NCBI GenBank assembly: GCA_031290325.1
Contig: JAITNU010000033.1
Coordinates: forward strand, 1 to 43,705
DNA: 43,705 nucleotides
Direction: 5' to 3'
Origin: Treponema sp.
GTDB taxonomy: Bacteria > Spirochaetota > Spirochaetia > Treponematales > Breznakiellaceae
Shown here: positions 25,438 through 34,333 of the stretch, one piece after another
Layout of the letters: the number at the start of each line of letters is the position of its first letter
Position numbering within the stretch: the first letter of the stretch is position 1
Translations under genes and position numbers: made by a program
The notes under the pieces: generated by a model
Seen by the model: the letters and a program-made list of their open reading frames with translations, nothing else
The model's database searches: none
What the model was told of the DNA's origin: nothing

Positions 25438-26718
25438 TTAGCGGCTATATTCTGCTGCCAGGCTGGTAACCACGGTAATCACCCGCTCTACCTGGGCCGG
25501 TTCCATCCCTGGCCACAGGGGAAGGGATATGACCTGCTGGAAACTTTTCAGGGATTCGGGGAAATCTGCTGGTAAAAGGCAGTACCGGGTCTTATAATAG
25601 GGCATGATGTGGAGGGGGATGAAGTGTACTGAAACCCCGATGCCTGCGTCCTTGAGCTTCTCGATAAAGGCGTCCCGGCAGAGGGAAAGCCGTTCCGGGT
25701 TGAGGCGCAGGGGATAGAGGTACCGGGCATCTCCTGGGCCGGTGGGAGGCAGGAGAAAATGGGGGTCATCCCTGAAGGCAGCATCGTAGGAACGGGCAAG
25801 CTCAGTTCTCATGGCGAGGAGGTCTAAGGCCCTGGTAAGCTGGACCCGGCCGAGGGTGGCGAGGAGGTCCGGGAGGTTGTACTTATACCCCGCCTCAACG
25901 ACCTCATAATACCAGGATGCCTTGGTATCGGTGTAGCGGCTCCATACGTTTCGGTCTATGCCGTGGGAACGCATCACGGCAATACGAGCGGCGATGCTCT
26001 GATCCCGGCTTACCACCATACCCCCTTCGCCGGTGGTGATGGTCTTGTTGGCGTAAAAAGAGAAAACGCCTGCGTCGCCAATGGTTCCCGCCCAGGAGCC
26101 GTCGTGTAGGCGGGAGGGGAAGGAGTGGGCGGCGTCTTCTACCACCTTGAGGCCATAACGGGCGGCGATTGCCATGATGGCTTCCATGTTGCAGGGAAGT
26201 CCGCCGTAATGAACGGGGATGAGCGCCTTGGGCAACCCTCTGGGACCGAAGCCGTGTTTCCCCCGGGGATCTTCGGCGTTTCGGGGGGGATAGGCGGGTA
26301 AGCCCTGGGAAAGCCGCTCCAGGGTTGTTTCCAGGGCCGCTGGGTCTATATGAAACGTGCCAGGGGCCACGTCCACAAAAACGGCGTCTGCTCCGAGGTA
26401 ACGGACGACTTCGGCAGTGGCGGTGAAGGTATACGAGGGAACCAGGACCACGTCTCCAGGACGGACGCCGCAGGCTTCCAGGGCAAGGTGGAGGCCGCTT
26501 GTGGCAGAGTTCACGGTCAGGGCGCTCAGGGGGGCTATTTTAGGGGACCTTGGGTCAGGTTCTTTTAAAGCAGTTGTAAAAAAAGCGGCGAATTCTTTTT
26601 CAAAGGCCAGGGCTTCCTGGCCGGTGGTAAACCAGCCGGAACGAAGTACCCGGATGACCGCGTCTTCTTCTTCTTTTCCGGTAAAGGGGCGGAAAAAGGG
26701 AATGGGCTGCTTATCCAT
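25438..26718 (-). CDS. DegT/DnrJ/EryC1/StrS family sugar aminotransferase (PLP-dependent)
   Basis: ORF 25438..26892. The likely start is MDKQPIPFFRPF at 26718, an 8-nt overlap with the upstream stop. The segment FSFYANKTITTGEGGMV contains the PLP lysine context. Confidence 0.85.
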   Translation of the reverse strand: MDKQPIPFFRPFTGKEEEDAVIRVLRSGWFTTGQEALAFEKEFAAFFTTALKEPDPRSPKIAPLSALTVNSATSGLHLALEACGVRPGDVVLVPSYTFTATAEVVRYLGADAVFVDVAPGTFHIDPAALETTLERLSQGLPAYPPRNAEDPRGKHGFGPRGLPKALIPVHYGGLPCNMEAIMAIAARYGLKVVEDAAHSFPSRLHDGSWAGTIGDAGVFSFYANKTITTGEGGMVVSRDQSIAARIAVMRSHGIDRNVWSRYTDTKASWYYEVVEAGYKYNLPDLLATLGRVQLTRALDLLAMRTELARSYDAAFRDDPHFLLPPTGPGDARYLYPLRLNPERLSLCRDAFIEKLKDAGIGVSVHFIPLHIMPYYKTRYCLLPADFPESLKSFQQVISLPLWPGMEPAQVERVITVVTSLAAEYSR

Positions 26719-28216
26719 GGAAGCCTCCGTTTTCTTTGTTTTCTTTAAAGCTGGGAATGGCCTCGCCCAGGATAGTCCGCAGGCGCTCCGCATCCCGGTA
26801 CACCCCTGGGTGTGCAGAATCAAAACAACAGATAGGTCGTAAGGCATCCATGAGCACTTTAAGTTCCCCCTCAAAGGGCCTTTTCCGTTCAATCTTTAAT
26901 ATCCGGTCAAACCCCATGTCCGTTGGCAGTTCATCCGCTCCCCAGAGTTTTTCGTCCAGCCGTTCTCCTGAGCGGAGGCCCACATATTCAATCTTGATCT
27001 CCTGCTCTGGTTCAAAGCCGTAGAACCGGATCATCTGCTCTGCCATGTCCCGGATCCGTATCGGCTCTCCCATGTCCAGGAGGTAGAGGTTCCCGTTTTC
27101 TCCGACGCCTCCGGCTTTCAGGACCAGGGAACAGGCTTCCGGGATAGTCATGAACCAGCGACGCACCTCCGGGTGCGTTACGGTGATGGGGCCACCTTGC
27201 TCAATCTGCTGCTGGAACAGGGGCATGATGGAACCCCGGGACCCCAGGACGTTCCCGAAACGGACCACCATGAAATTGAGGCCCTGGGAACCAGCGGTCC
27301 CGGCGTCTGCTGCCGCGTCCAGAACCAGCCGTTCGCAGAGGTACTTGGACACCCCGTACACCGACACCGGCTCCACCGCCTTATCGGTGGTGATGTGGAC
27401 AAAGCGCTTGACCGCGTGTTTCCGGGCTGCCTGGATGAGATTATCCGTACCGAAGAGGTTGTTCTCGATGGCTGCCACAGGGTTTTCTTCCATCATGGGT
27501 ACATGCTTATACGCCGCAGTATGGAAAACCACATCCGCCTTAAGGCGCCCCAGGATCCAATCCATGTAGTCCCGGTCTTTGAGGTCTCCGATGATGGGTA
27601 CCAGGGACGCTTTCTCTCCAACCCCCTCTTCCTGGAGGAGATGGAGTTCCCGGTCTATCTGGTAGATTGAATTTTCCCCATGTCCGAAAAGGTACAGCCG
27701 TGCGGCCCCGCCTGAGAGGAGCTGGCGGCAGAGTTCGCTCCCGATGGAGCCTCCGGCGCCGGTAACGAGCACCCGCTTGCCCCGCAGGTAGGCGAGGCTT
27801 TGTTTGAGGTTCACTGCCACGGGAGTACGGCCCAAAAGGTCCTGGGGATCGATGGAACGGGTTTGGATGAGGTGGGCGTCCCCCTCAATGATCTGGGAAA
27901 TCCCCGGGAGGATCCGAATACGCTGGAAACCGGCCCGCTTGAGGATACCGTAGATCTCCTTGAGGTATTCCCGGGAAGCGCTCGGTATGGCGATGATGGC
28001 CTCATCGGCACTTTGCATGGCCAGGAGCCGGGCCACATCCCGGATAGGTCCCAGCACGGGGATGCGGTCGATCTTCCGGCCTATTTTTTCAGAATCATCA
28101 TCCAGAAAAGCGACTACCTCACCAAAGATGGCCTTGGTCTTGATTTCATGGGCCAGGGTCTGCCCGGCAAAACCTGCCCCGATAATGTACAAACGTCCTG
28201 CTTTAAATGTGGTCAT
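26711..28216 (-). CDS. CapD/PglF/WbpM-type nucleotide-sugar 4,6-dehydratase (soluble form)
   Basis: 501 aa. Rossmann motifs YIIGAGFAGQ and VLVTGAGGSIGSEL are present. YGVSK provides the catalytic Tyr/Lys context. The N-terminal transmembrane segments typical of PglF/WbpM are absent. Confidence 0.85.
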   Translation of the reverse strand: MTTFKAGRLYIIGAGFAGQTLAHEIKTKAIFGEVVAFLDDDSEKIGRKIDRIPVLGPIRDVARLLAMQSADEAIIAIPSASREYLKEIYGILKRAGFQRIRILPGISQIIEGDAHLIQTRSIDPQDLLGRTPVAVNLKQSLAYLRGKRVLVTGAGGSIGSELCRQLLSGGAARLYLFGHGENSIYQIDRELHLLQEEGVGEKASLVPIIGDLKDRDYMDWILGRLKADVVFHTAAYKHVPMMEENPVAAIENNLFGTDNLIQAARKHAVKRFVHITTDKAVEPVSVYGVSKYLCERLVLDAAADAGTAGSQGLNFMVVRFGNVLGSRGSIMPLFQQQIEQGGPITVTHPEVRRWFMTIPEACSLVLKAGGVGENGNLYLLDMGEPIRIRDMAEQMIRFYGFEPEQEIKIEYVGLRSGERLDEKLWGADELPTDMGFDRILKIERKRPFEGELKVLMDALRPICCFDSAHPGVYRDAERLRTILGEAIPSFKENKENGGFHG

Positions 28217-28248
28217 ATCTGTATGGATAAACCGATCTCTTATGGGGA

Positions 28249-28782
28249 TTAAACAGTATCCGCTGCCGCTATGACTTCAAACGCAAGGTCAATAGAAAAG
28301 GAATCATCATAGAGATCCAGTTTGATCTTTGCCCTCCCCTTTCTCTTATCGACCTTAATGATCTTTCCCTCAAGCCCCAATAGCGGACCTTCGGTTACCA
28401 CTATCCGGGACTCAGCATCAAAATACACTTTGGACTTGCCTGCTATGGGACCGACTTTTTTGATGAAATGGAGTACCACTTCCAGATCCCGGTCTACCAG
28501 GGGGGTGATATTCTGATTCGAGCGTAAAAACCGGTAAAATCCCTCGGTTTTGCGGAAGGCCCAATGGTAGTTGACGATGTCATCATCTTCACCGATTTCG
28601 ATAAAAATATAACCTGGAAATATGGGGGCCTCTGAATGGACTATCGCCCCATGCCGCCGGATATCGAGTTTTCGCTGGGGAAAATAAATGGGAAGGGTAA
28701 CATCAGGGTGCAGGGCACTGAAAAGCTTGATGTACTTGTCTTCTCCCCTCGTTTTGACCTGAAGGGCATAATAACTCATCAT
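28249..28782 (-). CDS. NusG-family paralog (NGN + KOW) heading the amino-sugar operon
   Basis: 177 aa. NGN-like YYALQVKTRGEDKY ... IFPGYIFIE and a KOW-like VVTEGPLLGLEGKIIKVDKRKGRAKIKL. It is not in the secE-nusG-rplK context expected for housekeeping nusG. Confidence 0.75.
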   Translation of the reverse strand: MMSYYALQVKTRGEDKYIKLFSALHPDVTLPIYFPQRKLDIRRHGAIVHSEAPIFPGYIFIEIGEDDDIVNYHWAFRKTEGFYRFLRSNQNITPLVDRDLEVVLHFIKKVGPIAGKSKVYFDAESRIVVTEGPLLGLEGKIIKVDKRKGRAKIKLDLYDDSFSIDLAFEVIAAADTV

Positions 28783-28889
28783 AATAAGGTATTGTACTAT
28801 AAAAATTCTTTTTTTTCACCAGTGCTTATCTCCTCGGATTCCATTGATTCTTGGGGCTTATAATGCCGATAGTATAAGTGGAGGACTCT

Positions 28890-29384
28890 ATGGTCGTAAA
28901 GCGACTAGCTATGGTTTTATTTTTAAGTGTGTTTCTTATGCTGCCGCTTTCCGCCGCAATGGTTTCGTTTTTGGTCATAGAAACCGGGAGGAGGGAGGAT
29001 ATGCCGATCCATGCATTGACCGGTCTCTGGGAAAATGAGTTGATGGACGCGTTTTTTGACGCAGGTCATATTGTCAGCAATGCCCCCATCATGCGCCTGG
29101 CCACGAAACCGGATAAGGACTTTCCCGATGAAGCTCAGGGGGATCTCAGGGAAGCAATAGCAGGGGGGTCTGAATTGCTCATCATTGCACTGCTTGATTA
29201 TCAGACCCCTTCCGGTGGGGGCTTGGAAAAACTGCAAGGGGTCTCCCTCAGACTGTTCAGAACCAAGCCCTATAACCTGGTGTTTACCCAGCAATACTCA
29301 GGCGCGGTATCTGGATCTTCCAAAGAGACCCTTGCCGCTATTAAAAAAGCAGCTCAGGTGCTTATATCTCATGTAAGGGGATAG
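28890..29384 (+). CDS. hypothetical exported protein
   Basis: ORF 28878..29384 starts at GTG. The ATG at 28890 follows GGAGGA. A signal-peptide-like MVVKRLAMVLFLSVFLMLPLSAA is present. No motif recognised. Confidence 0.55.
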   Translation: MVVKRLAMVLFLSVFLMLPLSAAMVSFLVIETGRREDMPIHALTGLWENELMDAFFDAGHIVSNAPIMRLATKPDKDFPDEAQGDLREAIAGGSELLIIALLDYQTPSGGGLEKLQGVSLRLFRTKPYNLVFTQQYSGAVSGSSKETLAAIKKAAQVLISHVRG

Positions 29385-29391
29385 ATATAGT

Positions 29392-30579
29392 ATGAAAAAA
29401 AGGGATATCGCAATCGGTGTTTTAGGTATCATGCTGCTCTTAAGCGGCAGTGCCTTCGGATGGGAAGGGGCTGCGGCAGTGGTTCAGAACGGGGATGTGG
29501 AGCTGCCTGAAGCGGGATACTATGCGGCGGTGGACGCGAAGTCCTATCCCCGGAATACAGTGGTGGAGATTACCAATCTGGCGACAGAGCAAACTATCCA
29601 GGTTACGGTATTTGCCAGTTTTGATACCCCCGGTCTTCTGGCGGTTCTTTCCCAGGATGCTGCTGCGGCAATTGGTCTTCAAACAGGGTCCATAGGCAGG
29701 ATCAAGATGGTCCAGGCAAAGGATCGCCTGTCCCCTTCCAGTACCAGGGACGTCAATTCCCCGGAGACCGTGGTCCCTTCTGAACCTGCGGTCTCTCCGG
29801 AGACGCAACTCGCTGAAAGACCTGATCTTCCGGTGGATCGTGCAGACCCCTCGCAAACTCCTATGGCGCCTGATACCCCTCCTGTAGTGGTAAGTTCTGG
29901 AAATGATACCTGGCGGAAACCAGAAGATGCGTGGGATAATAACTTGGAAATGGACCCTGCACCAGGACGGGAACTACCGGAGACTATTGCGGCCATTGGG
30001 CCTTCGGATCGCTCAATCATGGGCAGGGATGAGCCGGAAGCAGGTGTGGAGCAATGGACGGGGTCTCCGAATCAGAGAAGTCCCACGGATTTAGACGAAT
30101 TTGATCTGGCGCTGATTCCTGCGGCAGAACAGCCTCCGGAAGAAACAGCTTTTGTAGGGCTTCCTCCAGATGCAGAGATTCCACCGCTCCCAGACAGGAG
30201 AACAGTAACGGAAAGCGATGATTCCTGGATTGATCCTGCGCTGATCATACCGCCTATTGATGAAACCGCAAGTCTGCACTCTGGTCCTGAACCAGGTAGT
30301 ACCACTGCTCAGACCTTTTCGGTTCCGATGATTATGGGCTTGGAAAAAGGCAAGTATTACCTGCAATTGGGGGCCTATAGTAAGCCTGAATCGGTGGAAC
30401 TTGAGTTATCGAGGATAGGGAGATCTTATCCCTTAACCATACAAAAGGGAGGCCCTTCGGAAAAACCGTTTTACCGTATTCTGCTTGGACCGCTTAATCT
30501 CGGCGAAAGCGGTGCCTTGTTACAGCGTTTTAAAGGCAGCGGCTGGAGCGATGCATTTATACGCCAGGGGATTAACTGA
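29392..30579 (+). CDS. RlpA-like (DPBB) / SPOR-domain protein with a long Pro/Glu-rich linker
   Basis: 395 aa. After a signal peptide, YPRNTVVEITNLATEQTIQVTVFASFDTPGLLAVLSQDAAAAIG resembles the RlpA double-psi barrel. The C-terminal YYLQLGAYSKPESVE ... FYRILLGPL ... GWSDAFI resembles a SPOR domain. Confidence 0.6.
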   Translation: MKKRDIAIGVLGIMLLLSGSAFGWEGAAAVVQNGDVELPEAGYYAAVDAKSYPRNTVVEITNLATEQTIQVTVFASFDTPGLLAVLSQDAAAAIGLQTGSIGRIKMVQAKDRLSPSSTRDVNSPETVVPSEPAVSPETQLAERPDLPVDRADPSQTPMAPDTPPVVVSSGNDTWRKPEDAWDNNLEMDPAPGRELPETIAAIGPSDRSIMGRDEPEAGVEQWTGSPNQRSPTDLDEFDLALIPAAEQPPEETAFVGLPPDAEIPPLPDRRTVTESDDSWIDPALIIPPIDETASLHSGPEPGSTTAQTFSVPMIMGLEKGKYYLQLGAYSKPESVELELSRIGRSYPLTIQKGGPSEKPFYRILLGPLNLGESGALLQRFKGSGWSDAFIRQGIN

Positions 30580-30725
30580 GCATAGTAAAAAAATTCAGAA
30601 AGGCTTGCACCGCTTTGCCCTAAGCGATCCTGAAAAGCCAAATAACCGGTATCATGAAAATTGTGGGTCAAGTTTAGCCCGTATATCCGCATTTTTGCAA
30701 ATCCTTGAAAAATTTCAAAAAATGC

Positions 30726-30778
30726 TTGACAACCCGTGTATCCGGGTGTACAAATGAATATGTCGTTGAACATTTGTA
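30726..30778 (+). promoter_or_regulatory. sigma-70-type promoter plus overlapping operator palindrome for the carbohydrate locus
   Basis: TTGACA (30726-30731), N17, TACAAA (30749-30754). The inverted repeat TACAAATG (30749-30756) / CATTTGTA (30771-30778) spans the -10 hexamer and the predicted start site. Confidence 0.45.
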
Positions 30779-30805
30779 ATTTATTTTTAGTGAGGAGGAC
30801 TTGGT

Positions 30806-31774
30806 ATGAAGATTAGAAAGGTCTTTTTACTTGTCGGGATTCTGATTCTTGTTTCCGGAACAGCGGTATTTGCCGGGGGAGGGAGTCAGAATACAGGCGG
30901 TGAAAAGAAGTTACGAATAGGCATCTCGGTCATTGGAACCGAGCACAGTTGGGATATCAATGCCTATAATGGGGCCAGGGACAAGGCCAGAGAGCTTGGC
31001 TTTGAGATCCTTGGTTTTGACGGAGAACGGCGTCCGGAAAAACAACTTTCCGATGTGGAAACCCTGATATCAAGCAAGGTTGACATTATTGCCGTTATCC
31101 TGGGGGATACGGAAAGCCTTGCCCCGGCGCTAAAAAAAGCCCGGGACCAGGGGATCCCGGTGGTTACCGCAGATTTTGACAATCCTCATACTATTGCCAA
31201 TGTGGGAACCAATAATCAGATCGCCATGGCAGAGTTGGTGGAACAACTATGCGCCGATCTTGGCAAGAATGGTAACGTAGGGGTTTTCTACACCCCGGGC
31301 ATTCCCATTGCGGACGAACGGAAGGATGTGTTTGACAAGGTGATGGCTAAATATTCCGGGATGAAGGTAGTGAACCTGCAGCCTTGGAAGATCCCGGGTA
31401 CTGTTCCTGACGCATATGATAAGACCAAGGATATGATGAAGGCCAATCCGGAAATTCAGGCTTTCTGGACGGTTTTTGATCAGCCCATGATTGGCGCAGC
31501 CCAGGCCCTGGCGGATGTCGGTCTTCAGGGAAAAACCAAGTGCTATGGCTTTGACGGGGATGATCTGGCTATGGAGATGTTGATGGATCCCAATGCGGCA
31601 TACGGAGCCACAGTAGCGCAGCAACCCTACCTTATCGGTCAGACCCTGGCGGAAGTTGCCTGGAAGGTTCTGCATAAGGAACCGGTGGATCGTAATGTTT
31701 ATGTTCCGGCGGTTTTGGTAACCCCGAAGAATGTCAAAGAAGTATATAACACTCTCCCGCAGTACAAAAAATAG
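30806..31774 (+). CDS. periplasmic sugar-binding protein (PBP type 1, RbsB/LsrB-like)
   Basis: 322 aa. GAGGAGG SD sequence. Signal peptide present. KKLRIGISVIG ... IPVVTADFD ... resembles the PBP1 monosaccharide-binding pattern. Confidence 0.85.
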   Translation: MKIRKVFLLVGILILVSGTAVFAGGGSQNTGGEKKLRIGISVIGTEHSWDINAYNGARDKARELGFEILGFDGERRPEKQLSDVETLISSKVDIIAVILGDTESLAPALKKARDQGIPVVTADFDNPHTIANVGTNNQIAMAELVEQLCADLGKNGNVGVFYTPGIPIADERKDVFDKVMAKYSGMKVVNLQPWKIPGTVPDAYDKTKDMMKANPEIQAFWTVFDQPMIGAAQALADVGLQGKTKCYGFDGDDLAMEMLMDPNAAYGATVAQQPYLIGQTLAEVAWKVLHKEPVDRNVYVPAVLVTPKNVKEVYNTLPQYKK

Positions 31775-31852
31775 CAGCGGTCAGTAGACGGGGAACATGG
31801 AAAGGCATGCTTTACAGGTTCCCCTGCAATCTCGAATGCGAGGTTTCCTTTT

Positions 31853-33367
31853 ATGGATGAAATAACTATAAGGGCGGAAGGCCTGAGCATAGTCTTTCCG
31901 GGAGTTAAGGCATTATCCGATGTGGACTTTTCATTAAAGAAAGGAGAAATCCGGGCTCTGGTTGGAAAAAACGGCGCCGGTAAATCGACCCTGATCAAAA
32001 TACTTACCGGCATATACCGCCCGGCGTCGGGCAGGCTTTTTGTGGATGATACGGAAATAAAAAACGCCGGCCCGGAAGTCATGACAAAATATGGCATTAA
32101 AGCCATTTATCAGGATAATGATCTTATTCCTTATTTCACCATTGGCGAGTCGGTACTCCTTCGGAAAGAACCCCGCAAGGGAATATTTGTCGATCGAAAA
32201 GAAATGCACCAAAGGGCGGAGGCTATCTTCAGGGAACGATTAGGCGTTGAGATCGATCCCTATACCCTGGTAAGGGAACTCAATGTTTCCCAGCAGCAGC
32301 TTGTGCAGATCGCGGCCAGTCTTGTTGAAAGGCCGAAGATCTTAATTTTTGATGAACCCACCGCGGCGTTGTCGGTTAAAGAAATAGAGAAACTCTTTGA
32401 GATCATCTTCTCCCTTAAAAAGGAGGGGGTATCCATTATATATATCAGCCACCGTTTCGGTGAGGTTTTTAAAATCGCAGATTCCATAACGATCCTTACT
32501 GATGGTACAAAAGTGGCGGACCTGAATATTTCGGATACTACGGAAGATGAAGTAATATCCATGATGGCAGGCAATGAGAAATTCAGTAAGGCAAAAAACC
32601 GGGTATATGATCCGAGGGATACGGAACTTGCCCTTTCCGTCAGGGGGCTTGGGGATGGTTTTCTTGAGGATATCAATTTTGATCTTCATCAGGGGGAGAT
32701 TCTGGGTTTTTACGGCGGTGAAGGGGCGGGTCAGCAGGAATTGGCCAAGGCTATTTACGGAGAATCAAAAGCACGCTTTGAAAGCCTGAAAATTTTCGGT
32801 AAAGAGATAACTATCAACAGTCCCGCAAAGGCAATCAAACAGGGTATTGCCTATATCCCCCGGGAAAGGCTTGCGGAGGGAATTGTCCGGGGCTTTACGG
32901 TACGGGAAAATGTAACCCTGCCGAAGCTTAGGGCCTTTGCCAAAGGAATCTTCATTGACCAAGGCAGGGAAGATGAAGTTACCAGGGAACAGATAGAAAA
33001 ACTCGGTGTTAAGACTCCCTCTACGGGAACCCCTATCGGAAATCTGAGCGGCGGCAATCAGCAGAAGGTTGTCCTTGCCAGATGGATCGTGGTGAACCCC
33101 CGGATACTGATCCTGGATTACCCCACCATTGGAATAGATGTACGGGCAAAAAACGAGGTGTATAAAATACTCCTTCAATTAGCCGAAAGCGGAATGTCCC
33201 TTATCCTTATTACGCCGGAGTACGAAGAAGTTTCGATGCTCTGCGACCGGGTTATTGTAATACGGGAAGGCAGGATTAAAAAGGAACTCTCCATCAAGGA
33301 ACTTACCGAATATAAACTCCTCTCCTATGCTATAGGGTCCGCTGAAAATGGAGATAACCATGATTAA
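31853..33367 (+). CDS. sugar ABC transporter ATP-binding protein (duplicated ATPase)
   Basis: 504 aa. GKNGAGKSTL is the Walker A motif. LSGGNQQKVVLAR is the signature in the second half. Confidence 0.9.
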   Translation: MDEITIRAEGLSIVFPGVKALSDVDFSLKKGEIRALVGKNGAGKSTLIKILTGIYRPASGRLFVDDTEIKNAGPEVMTKYGIKAIYQDNDLIPYFTIGESVLLRKEPRKGIFVDRKEMHQRAEAIFRERLGVEIDPYTLVRELNVSQQQLVQIAASLVERPKILIFDEPTAALSVKEIEKLFEIIFSLKKEGVSIIYISHRFGEVFKIADSITILTDGTKVADLNISDTTEDEVISMMAGNEKFSKAKNRVYDPRDTELALSVRGLGDGFLEDINFDLHQGEILGFYGGEGAGQQELAKAIYGESKARFESLKIFGKEITINSPAKAIKQGIAYIPRERLAEGIVRGFTVRENVTLPKLRAFAKGIFIDQGREDEVTREQIEKLGVKTPSTGTPIGNLSGGNQQKVVLARWIVVNPRILILDYPTIGIDVRAKNEVYKILLQLAESGMSLILITPEYEEVSMLCDRVIVIREGRIKKELSIKELTEYKLLSYAIGSAENGDNHD

Positions 33368-34301
33368 GATTAATTCCCGTCAGGCGATCCCCTTAGGAAT
33401 TCTTGTTTTCGGTTTTATTCTTTTTTCCATACAAGCCCGTTCCTTTCTCACTTTTCATAATATGCTCAGTATCCTGGGTCTTATTACCTATACGGCAGTT
33501 CCTACCATGGGACTCGCGGTGGTTATGCTTACAGGCCTCTTTGATCTGTCCTTTGTGGGGGTTATCGGTATTCTCAGTACCCTGCTGTTGACCTTCCTCA
33601 GCGTCAATGTACCGCCGGTCCTGGGCCTCCTCATAACGCTGGCGGTCGCCATGGTTATGGAATCTTTCAACGCATTACTTATTGTCAAGCTGAAGATCCA
33701 TCCCTGGCTTTCCACCATTGCTACTATGCTTATGTACCTGGGTTTGGAACAGTACATCAGTAAAGGTACTTATCTTTCCACTAAACATCCTATTCTGGCT
33801 GTTATGCGTTATAATACGTTTTTTGGAATATCTCTCAGCGTATGGCTTATGCTGGCAGTTGCTGTATTGATCAGTACTGTGATGAGCCGCACGGTACTTG
33901 GGAGACGGCTCTACGCGGTAGGGGGCAGCGAGGTCACGGCGCGGAAGGCGGGTATAAATACCGGCGCTTATTATATGATATCCTTTCTTATCATGGGATT
34001 CATGTGCTGGGTATCGTCAATCATTTATGTGTCCCAGCTTTCCGGGTATCCGCCTCAGGCCGCTTACATTAATCAAAACGAAGTGATACTGGCGGTGTTT
34101 GTCGGGATGGCCATTTCCCGGAAGGGCATTGTCAGTGTCCATGGCGCGTTTTTCGGCGCAGCCTTTGTTGGCTTTTTGGCTAACGGCCTTGGCTTGATGG
34201 GGGTTTCTTCATACTGGATAAAACTGGTAGAGGGAGCTCTGGTGGTTGTAGTAGTCCTGGGTAATTCGATTAAACAGGGAAAATTGGTTCAGCTTGAGTA
34301 G
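33360..34301 (+). CDS. sugar ABC transporter permease 1
   Basis: ORF 33348..34301. GGAGA lies 5 nt before the ATG at 33360, which favours MIKINSRQ as the start. Polytopic. The RRLYAVGGSEVTARKAGIN loop is typical of the RbsC/LsrC family. Confidence 0.85.
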   Translation: MIKINSRQAIPLGILVFGFILFSIQARSFLTFHNMLSILGLITYTAVPTMGLAVVMLTGLFDLSFVGVIGILSTLLLTFLSVNVPPVLGLLITLAVAMVMESFNALLIVKLKIHPWLSTIATMLMYLGLEQYISKGTYLSTKHPILAVMRYNTFFGISLSVWLMLAVAVLISTVMSRTVLGRRLYAVGGSEVTARKAGINTGAYYMISFLIMGFMCWVSSIIYVSQLSGYPPQAAYINQNEVILAVFVGMAISRKGIVSVHGAFFGAAFVGFLANGLGLMGVSSYWIKLVEGALVVVVVLGNSIKQGKLVQLE

Positions 34302-34333
34302 GGTTGGATAGACGGATAATGGAGAGAATGAGA

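Noticed and set aside
28865-28872. GCCGATAG (also at 19350-19357), a sigma-28 -10-like octamer
   Set aside because: No TAAA lies 15 nt upstream in either case, so they are isolated partial matches.
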